Shown here: positions 35,841 through 41,691 of the stretch, in pieces | How the letters are laid out: each line of letters starts with the position of its first letter | Numbering within the stretch: position 1 is the stretch's first letter | Source of the DNA: a bacterium | GTDB lineage: Bacteria > Bacteroidota > Bacteroidia > Cytophagales > Thermonemataceae | Direction of reading: 5' to 3' | Assembly: GCA_025362415.1 (NCBI GenBank) | Contig: JANYGM010000475.1 | Location: 1-41,691, forward strand | Length of the DNA: 41,691 bases | The notes under the pieces: generated by a model | What the model was told of the DNA's origin: nothing | Seen by the model: only the letters and a program-made list of their open reading frames with translations | Databases searched by the model: none | Translations under genes and position numbers: made by a program

Positions 35841-37325
35841 ATGAAACAAATCATCTCCGAAATAGACATAATAGATACAGATAAAGAAGTTTGTGAACTT
35901 CCTCGCATTTCTATAAACAAAAATACAGGAAAAGCACGCAAAATGTATATTGAAAGCTATGGTTGTCAGATGAATTTTGCAGATAGTGAAGTTGTAACAG
36001 CTATTATGCATGAAAATGGCTTTGATACTACAGATAGTCCAGAAAATGCCGACCTTATCCTTCTTAATACTTGCGCTATTCGTGATAATGCAGAACAAAA
36101 AGTGCGTTTTCGTTTGATGCACCTCAAAGGTTACAAAAAACGTAATCCGTTACTTACTATTGGCGTGCTTGGTTGTATGGCTGAACGCCTCAAAACGCAA
36201 CTTTTGGAAGAAGAAAAAATGGTTGATATTGTTGTAGGACCTGATGCTTACCGTGATTTGCCTAATCTCGTAGGAAAAGCTGATGATGGAGAAAAAGGGG
36301 TAAACGTCTTTCTTTCTAGGGAAGAAACGTATGCTGACATTGCACCTGTGCGCCTACATTCCAACGGAATAAGTGCTTTGGTGTCTATTATGCGAGGTTG
36401 TGATAATATGTGTTCGTTTTGCGTTGTGCCTTACACTCGTGGGCGTGAACGTAGCAGAAGTGTTTATTCTATTTTGAAAGAAGTACAAGAACTTATTGAT
36501 AATGGTTTTAAGGAAGTGATGTTATTGGGTCAGAACGTGGATTCCTACCTTTGGACTTCTGATGAGAATATTATTTCATCAAAACAATATGAAAAATTTT
36601 TGAAGACAAATGAAAAATTAGAGGAAGGTACGGAAGTTGTAAATTTTGCGCAACTCCTTGAAAAAGTGGCACTTATGTCCACAGATTTGCGTGTACGTTT
36701 TTCTACTTCTCACCCAAAAGATATTACTGATGAAGTGCTTTATGTGATGAAAAAACACGAAAATATTTGCAAATCCATTCATTTGCCTATTCAAAGTGGT
36801 AATTCTCGTATTTTGAAACTAATGAACCGCACTTATGATAGAGAATGGTATTTGGAGCGTGTGGCGGCTATTAGACGCATTTTGGGAGATACTTGTGCTA
36901 TTAGTTCTGATATGATTACTGGTTTTTGTACCGAAACAGAAGAAGAACACCAAGATACGCTTTCTATCATTGATTTGGTGGAATATGATTATGCTTACAC
37001 GTTTTTTTACTCTGAACGCCCTGCCACGCCTGCAGAAAAAAAACTAACTGATGATATTCCTTTAGAAACTAAAAAACGCCGTTTGGAGGAAGTTATAGCA
37101 GTTCAAAGGGCTATGTCATATAAAAGGAATTTGTTAGATGTGGGTAAAATACATAAGATTTTGATTGATGGTTTTTCTAAAAAATCAGAAGATTTCTTGC
37201 AGGGCAAAACGAGCCAAAATAAAGTAGTTATTTTTCCTAAAAAGTATCACCAAAAAGGAGAATATATTAATGTTTTGGTAACAAATTGCTCTGGTGGCAC
37301 GCTGCTTGGCGAAAGTGTGGAATAA
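35841..37325 (+). CDS. miaB: tRNA-2-methylthio-N6-dimethylallyladenosine synthase
   Basis: 494 aa. UPF0004 N domain ([15 protein letters not shown]) and a radical-SAM cluster ([20 protein letters not shown]). The C-terminal TRAM domain assignment is inferred from family architecture. Confidence 0.9.
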   Translation: MKQIISEIDIIDTDKEVCELPRISINKNTGKARKMYIESYGCQMNFADSEVVTAIMHENGFDTTDSPENADLILLNTCAIRDNAEQKVRFRLMHLKGYKKRNPLLTIGVLGCMAERLKTQLLEEEKMVDIVVGPDAYRDLPNLVGKADDGEKGVNVFLSREETYADIAPVRLHSNGISALVSIMRGCDNMCSFCVVPYTRGRERSRSVYSILKEVQELIDNGFKEVMLLGQNVDSYLWTSDENIISSKQYEKFLKTNEKLEEGTEVVNFAQLLEKVALMSTDLRVRFSTSHPKDITDEVLYVMKKHENICKSIHLPIQSGNSRILKLMNRTYDREWYLERVAAIRRILGDTCAISSDMITGFCTETEEEHQDTLSIIDLVEYDYAYTFFYSERPATPAEKKLTDDIPLETKKRRLEEVIAVQRAMSYKRNLLDVGKIHKILIDGFSKKSEDFLQGKTSQNKVVIFPKKYHQKGEYINVLVTNCSGGTLLGESVE

Positions 37326-37332
37326 AAAAACT

Positions 37333-37962
37333 ATGAAAAAAATAATTTTCTTTGTTATTCTTTTGACAATTTCTTGTCAGAAAAATGCGGAAAAGCCTAT
37401 TTTGAAAGAAACAGGTTTTTCTAAGGAAAATTTTATCACCCCTGAATATGAAATTTATAATATTCTGATAGAAAAAATAAATACCCCAGTTTTGGTTTAT
37501 TCTCCGTTTCCTATAGAAATGGTTGGTTGTGATTTTTGTACTTTAGATACACTTTCTTATACAAACGTAGGCGTTATTTTTGACAAATACATGTATCAAG
37601 ATTTTATTAAGAAAGAAAATGCCAGTAAAAAATTTGAAACAAAGCAAATAAAAGCAGGTAATTTTATTCCTCATAATTTAGCTGATTCATTATTTAACAC
37701 AATTGAAAATATAACTGATGTTTATTTTTCATCAGTTGCGTTGAATAAAGAAAAGAATAAAGCATTTGTAAAATCACGTACCAATTATGTGAAACAGAAC
37801 ACAAAAAAAGAGTTTATAAGTTACGACACCTACAATTACTATTTTTTTGAGAAAATAAATAATAAATGGATAATTGCCATTCAACAAGAAAATTGCTCTA
37901 AAGGAGAAAAAGTAAACCTAAACCCTTATATTTGGGATTGCACGCCTGATACTAGAGAATAG
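37333..37962 (+). CDS. Hypothetical lipoprotein
   Basis: MKKIIFFVILLTISCQ lipobox at the ATG at 37333. The longer track ORF starting at 37294 overlaps the end of miaB. Confidence 0.5.
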   Translation: MKKIIFFVILLTISCQKNAEKPILKETGFSKENFITPEYEIYNILIEKINTPVLVYSPFPIEMVGCDFCTLDTLSYTNVGVIFDKYMYQDFIKKENASKKFETKQIKAGNFIPHNLADSLFNTIENITDVYFSSVALNKEKNKAFVKSRTNYVKQNTKKEFISYDTYNYYFFEKINNKWIIAIQQENCSKGEKVNLNPYIWDCTPDTRE

Positions 37963-38027
37963 AAATATATATCATATATAGCTACTTAAGATTTATTTCG
38001 TTCTTTCCAAAGTTCGTTAAAAGATTT

Positions 38028-38387
38028 TTGAGAGGTTTTGAGATTATCATGTTTTTTGCCCCAACTATTCTTGAAAAGTTGTATCAAAAGTTTGTTTTTC
38101 AGCCCTGCACCCACCAAATTCATCATTCTGCGGCTTTTCATACCATTTTAGACGAAGGCATAAAACAATGTTGTGCGCAACTTGTGGGCGCAAAAAAATA
38201 CAACGAAAAAAAAGGTATTATTACAGAAAAACTGTACGGTTGCACTACTACAGGTGATGTTTGGCAATTTATTGAGTATTCTGACAAACTTTATATTGAT
38301 GATAAAAAATACTACTTAGGCGAAATTTCGGAGCTGCTTGGCGTTTTTCAGAGTATTATTGATTATTATAAAAGTGTGTTGAAATAA
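38028..38387 (+). pseudogene. Possible decayed restriction-endonuclease-like (HsdR N-terminal / PD-(D/E)XK-like) domain ORF
   Basis: GIKQCCAQLVGAKKYNE......LYGCTTTGDVWQFIEY resembles the distal half of small HSDR_N-type proteins (from memory). The expected D...E-x-K catalytic segment upstream is absent and the start codon is non-ATG. Confidence 0.25.
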
Positions 38388-38485
38388 AAATGTTGTTCTT
38401 TATCCTTGTAGTATCAAAACGACACTTGATTAGTTCATTATGATAAAATTTACTAAAAAAATAATTTCATATTACAAATAAAAAC

Positions 38486-38516
38486 AAAAGGCACAGATTA
38501 AAAATCTGTGCCTTTT
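38486..38516. terminator. Bidirectional hairpin terminator
   Basis: aaaaggcacagatt / aatctgtgcctttt, a 14-bp stem with a 3-nt loop, between convergent ORFs. Confidence 0.7.
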
Positions 38517-38523
38517 GTGTATT

Positions 38524-38558
38524 CATTCATAATTCCTAATTAAAAATTCATAATTATT
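38524..38558. repeat. Heptamer array (cattcat aattcct aattaaa aattcat aattatt)
   Basis: 5 units in register, abutting the stop codon (38558-38560) of the minus-strand GltB-like gene. The gene-sense strand is the C-free type. Confidence 0.85.
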
Positions 38559-40102
38559 TAGTGTGTTTTTGCTACTGCAATACCTTTTCCTTGCCCTAAA
38601 CCGCCCAAATGAGGACAATTTAGCAATTCTTTGACAGAAACAAAAGGAACAGGTGTTTTCTCATAACCAAAGCTACTTTCTAATGATTGCGTTGATTTTG
38701 CCTCGCCCATACCAACCTCAATGTCGTGCATAGTCATTTGGCTTGGGTGTTCGTAGTTGCAGGCGTGAGTAAGTTCCACAATTTCTTTTCTTAGTGTTTT
38801 GATATAATTAGCAAAACGAGCTGATTTAAGTTCTGGGTCTAAGCCACTCATTAACCATTTATTTTGTGTTGCAACCCCTGCAGGGCATTTATTTGTGTGG
38901 CAAACTTGCGCCTGAATACAACCCACAGACATCATTGCCTCACGAGCTATATTGATACAATCTGCGCCCATAGAAAATGCGAGCATAGCTTTTGCAGGAA
39001 AACCAAGACGACCAGAAGCAATAAAAACAATTCTATCAGTAAGTCCTTTTGCTGCAAAAAGTTTGTAAACATTCGCAAAAGCAAACATAAACGGCAACGC
39101 TACGTGGTCTGCAAAAGCGTGTGGAGCAGCTCCTGTGCCACCTTCTCCACCATCAACAGTAATAAAATCAGGTCCTTTACCTGTTTTTAGCATAATATCT
39201 GCAAGTTCTTCCCACATTTCCATTTTGCCGACAGCCGCTTTAAAACCAACAGGCAAACCTGTCTGTTCTGCAATATTCTCAATAAAATCTACCATTTCTT
39301 GTATTGTCGTAAACGCAGAATGACAAACAGGAGAAAGCGCATCTTCACCAGATGCAAGCCCACGAATAGCAGCAATTTCAGGTGTAACTTTTGCACCAGG
39401 CAAAATACCACCTTTACCAGGTTTTGCACCTTGCGAAAGTTTTACCTCAATGGCACGTACAAACTGATTTTTTTCTACTAATGCTTTTAGTTTTTCCATA
39501 GAAAAATTGCCTTTGTCATCTCTCACACCAAAATAACCTGTTCCAAAGTGAAAAATCACGTCAGCACCGTTAGAATGATAAGGAGAAAGTCCGCCCTCAC
39601 CCGTATTGTGGTAGCTACCAATCATTTGCGCTCCCAAATTCATAGCTTGAACAGCATTTTTTGAAAGAGAACCATAACTCATAGCAGAGATATTTACAAC
39701 AGAATAGGGTCTGAAAGGTCTTCTACGCTTGTTGTAAGCTCCAAAAACTTTGGCACAAGGCACAAAATAAGGGTCTTTTTGGTTGGGGTGGTCTGCAGGC
39801 ATACGGTATGCAAATAGAGAGGGATTGATAAATACGTGTCCTGGTGCATAAACGTCTTTATCTGTCCCGAAAGCACCATAATTATTTTGTTGTTTTGAAG
39901 AGGCATACACCCAACTTCTCTCAGAACGGTTAAATGGAAGTTCTTCACGGTTGCTGGCAACAATATACTGCCTAAGTTCTGGTCCTATTGACTCCAAAAA
40001 GTAGCGTAAACGCCCTACAACAGGAAAATTATGTTTAATGGTTTGAGATTTATTAAAGAAAATATCTTTAATAGCCATATAAATAATAACAATAGGAATC
40101 AA
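38558..40102 (-). CDS. FMN-binding glutamate synthase family protein (GltB domain-2-like)
   Basis: 514 aa. HNTGEGGLSP, KLSQGAKPGKGGILPG, TVDGGEGGTGAAP and CHTNKCPAGVATQ are signatures of the GltS FMN domain. The start is uncertain (TTG at 40102; see findings). Confidence 0.8.
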   Translation of the reverse strand: MIPIVIIYMAIKDIFFNKSQTIKHNFPVVGRLRYFLESIGPELRQYIVASNREELPFNRSERSWVYASSKQQNNYGAFGTDKDVYAPGHVFINPSLFAYRMPADHPNQKDPYFVPCAKVFGAYNKRRRPFRPYSVVNISAMSYGSLSKNAVQAMNLGAQMIGSYHNTGEGGLSPYHSNGADVIFHFGTGYFGVRDDKGNFSMEKLKALVEKNQFVRAIEVKLSQGAKPGKGGILPGAKVTPEIAAIRGLASGEDALSPVCHSAFTTIQEMVDFIENIAEQTGLPVGFKAAVGKMEMWEELADIMLKTGKGPDFITVDGGEGGTGAAPHAFADHVALPFMFAFANVYKLFAAKGLTDRIVFIASGRLGFPAKAMLAFSMGADCINIAREAMMSVGCIQAQVCHTNKCPAGVATQNKWLMSGLDPELKSARFANYIKTLRKEIVELTHACNYEHPSQMTMHDIEVGMGEAKSTQSLESSFGYEKTPVPFVSVKELLNCPHLGGLGQGKGIAVAKTH

Positions 40103-40454
40103 TATCCAAAGATAATGATTCCTATCTCTTCAATTTGGATAATCTTTTCAAAGAAATTTCCAATGGATTTAAAAAACTCATTCATAATAAAGTTGATTTG
40201 GAAAGAAATAGTAAGTTTGAACTAAAAAATTTCTTAAATATAACAACTTGATTTGAAATAATCAATATTGTAAACAATATTATTGCAAAAAATTTATAAT
40301 AACTGATGTTGTGCCAATATTGAGATTTCTACATAAATATTAGTCCTTTTTTATTCATTTGTTTTTCTGATAATATTTGTAACAAAAATGCTATTTTATG
40401 CGTTTATTAAACAAATTGTACCAATTCACACTAGCAGTTGCTTTAGCAGTTACT

Positions 40455-40480
40455 AGTTCACAATTTAAAATTCATAATTA
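40455..40480. repeat. Heptamer array (agttcac aatttaa aattcat aatta)
   Basis: 3.7 units in register, ending at the base before the ATG at 40481. The sense strand is nearly G-free. Confidence 0.8.
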
Positions 40481-41056
40481 ATGAAAATTTTATTAGTTCT
40501 TTCCTTTATTCTTTCCGCTTGTGTAGGCGGAACTACCATCAAAACACGCCCAACCAATATGACAACAGAAGAAAATTCAAATAAAACAACATTTTATTCC
40601 TTCAAAATGAAAGGAATTGATGGCAAAGAAATTGATTTTAGCCAATACAAAGGCAAAAAAGTTTTACTTGTCAATGTAGCCTCTGAATGTGGTTATACAA
40701 AACAATATGAACAATTACAAGCATTACACGCTCAATATGGAGAAAAAGTAGTTGTTTTGGGTTTTCCTGCTAATAATTTTGGTGGACAAGAACCAGGCAC
40801 AAACGCAGAAGTAGCTACTTTTTGCAAAACAAAATTTGGTGTAGCCTTCCAAATGTTTGAAAAAATTTCTGTAAAAGGAAAAGATATGCACCCGCTTTAT
40901 CAGTGGCTTTCTACAAAAGCAGAAAACGGCTGGAATGAAGAAGCTCCTAACTGGAATTTTTGTAAATACCTTGTCAATGAAAAAGGAGAATTAGTTAAGT
41001 TTTTCAAATCTGGCGTTGATCCTATTGGTGAAGAAATGCTTGCAGCTATCAAATAA
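40481..41056 (+). CDS. Glutathione peroxidase (Cys-type), lipoprotein
   Basis: 191 aa. Lipobox ILSACVGG. LVNVASECGYT, LGFPANNFGGQEPG and WNFCKYLV are GPx motifs. Confidence 0.9.
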   Translation: MKILLVLSFILSACVGGTTIKTRPTNMTTEENSNKTTFYSFKMKGIDGKEIDFSQYKGKKVLLVNVASECGYTKQYEQLQALHAQYGEKVVVLGFPANNFGGQEPGTNAEVATFCKTKFGVAFQMFEKISVKGKDMHPLYQWLSTKAENGWNEEAPNWNFCKYLVNEKGELVKFFKSGVDPIGEEMLAAIK

Positions 41057-41154
41057 AGCTACTCAAAATCAAGTTGTTGCATAAAAAGCGCAAACTCCCA
41101 TAGAAAAATCTCTAAAAAAGTTGCAAAAAAGTTTTTTAGTTCAAAAAATAGTAT

Positions 41155-41162
41155 TACATTTG
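41155..41162 (+). promoter_or_regulatory. -7 box TACATTTG upstream of tRNA-His
   Basis: Matches TAnnTTTG, 20 nt before the tRNA 5' end. Confidence 0.45.
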
Positions 41163-41181
41163 CAGACTGAAATAACAGAAT

Positions 41182-41259
41182 GGAGGTTGTAGCTCAGTTG
41201 GTTAGAGCGCTGGTTTGTGGTGCCGGAGGTCGTGGGTTCGAGACCCATCATCCTCCCCA
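41182..41259 (+). tRNA. tRNA-His (GTG), with encoded G-1 and CCA
   Basis: G-GAGGTTG-TA-GCTC-AGTTGGTTA-GAGC-G-CTGGT-TTGTGGT-GCCGG-AGGTC-GTGGG-TTCGAGA-CCCAT-CATCCTC-C-CCA. G-1 pairs with C73, as is typical for tRNA-His. There is one U5.U68 mismatch in the acceptor stem. Confidence 0.9.
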
Positions 41260-41274
41260 AGATGTTTTCAAAAT

Positions 41275-41313
41275 AAAAAAGTGTTCTAAATTTAATTTTA
41301 GAACACTTTTTTT
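41275..41313 (+). terminator. tRNA-His intrinsic terminator
   Basis: gtgttctaaa (41281-41290) / tttagaacac (41297-41306) with a flanking A-run and T-run. Confidence 0.7.
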
Positions 41314-41351
41314 ATTTTTTTGAATAATCAAAAAAGTATAGAAACACATAA

Positions 41352-41502
41352 TTAGATAACGACATTATAAGTTTGTATTCGTGGGGTATAAAACCCCACG
41401 TTACTGATTTTTTGGTTAAAAACACGTTTTAAAATCAATAACGCAGGGTTTTATACCCTGCGTCTCAAAATAAAGCTACTAATTTGTAATGTCGTTATCT
41501 AA
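41352..41502. repeat. Composite palindromic REP/MITE-like element
   Basis: Outer inverted repeat ttagataacgacattataa (41352-41370) / ttgtaatgtcgttatctaa (41484-41502), 18/19. Inner hairpins cgtggggTATAAAAccccacg (41380-41400) and cgcagggTTTTATAccctgcg (41442-41462). Confidence 0.8.
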
Positions 41503-41564
41503 ATAACAACAAAAAAAGCCTATCCAAATATTTGGAAAGGCTTTTTATTATTGTCAAAAAACGT

Positions 41565-41592
41565 AATTCGTAATTGTTAATTCGTAATTGAA
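41565..41592. repeat. Heptamer array (aattcgt aattgtt aattcgt aattgaa)
   Basis: 4 units in register, 4 nt downstream of the stop codon (41596-41598) of the minus-strand partial ORF. Confidence 0.8.
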
Positions 41593-41595
41593 AAA

Positions 41596-41691
41596 CTATG
41601 GTTTTTTGTTAAGTTTTTCTTTCTTTTCCTTTTCAATCTTCTTTTTTTCCTCTTCTAAGGCTTTTTTCTCGTCAAAGGTTTTGTCTTCAAA
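41596..41691 (-). CDS. 3' end of an ORF entering from the right edge (…FEDKTFDEKKALEEEKKKIEKEKKEKLNKKP*)
   Basis: Frame is open from the window edge to TAG (41596-41598 on minus). The tail is K/E-rich. The product is unknown. Confidence 0.3.
   Translation of the reverse strand, partial: FEDKTFDEKKALEEEKKKIEKEKKEKLNKKP

Noticed and set aside
2208-41592. Heptamer arrays or REP-like palindromes as CRISPR arrays
   Set aside because: The repeat unit is 7 nt with no spacers. The palindromic elements occur as single or paired copies with no regular 25-40 nt repeat/spacer periodicity. No cas genes are present; tnpB is the only RuvC nuclease.

Overview
AT-rich chromosomal segment from a Bacteroidota genome. 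The assignment rests on a SusC/SusD pair, TAnnTTTG-type -7 promoter boxes, absence of Shine-Dalgarno sequences, and the rpsU-xerC-hpf synteny. Most of the window is housekeeping: dapB, M28 peptidase, NAD-IDH-like dehydrogenase, rpsU, xerC/D-like recombinase, hpf, pabB-like, nadC, arginine-decarboxylase-like, Sfp-type PPTase, csp, M48 peptidase, SRP RNA, fused isobutyryl-CoA mutase (IcmF), a small SusC/SusD locus, DUF1684, tsaB, Zn-ADH, miaB, GltB-domain-2 protein, gpx and tRNA-His. No CRISPR array and no rRNA were seen. Four things stand out. (1) A solo tnpB (IS200/IS605-type RNA-guided nuclease) has an intact RuvC D-E-D triad and no tnpA. About 370 nt downstream of it on its own strand lie tRNA-like pieces: a 3' half followed by its matching 5' half in permuted order, then a third tRNA-like element whose anticodon arm is replaced by 58 nt. 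(2) A pervasive family of heptanucleotide tandem arrays (AATTNNN)n abuts start and stop codons with strict strand polarity in all 15 arrays seen. (3) Several families of nested palindromic REP/MITE-like elements occur, some supplying the last codons of housekeeping ORFs. (4) A visibly AT-richer orphan gene encoding a single-HKD PLD-superfamily nuclease-like protein is wedged between speA-like and nadC. All functional calls come from reading the translated ORFs and recognising motifs; no database search was run.
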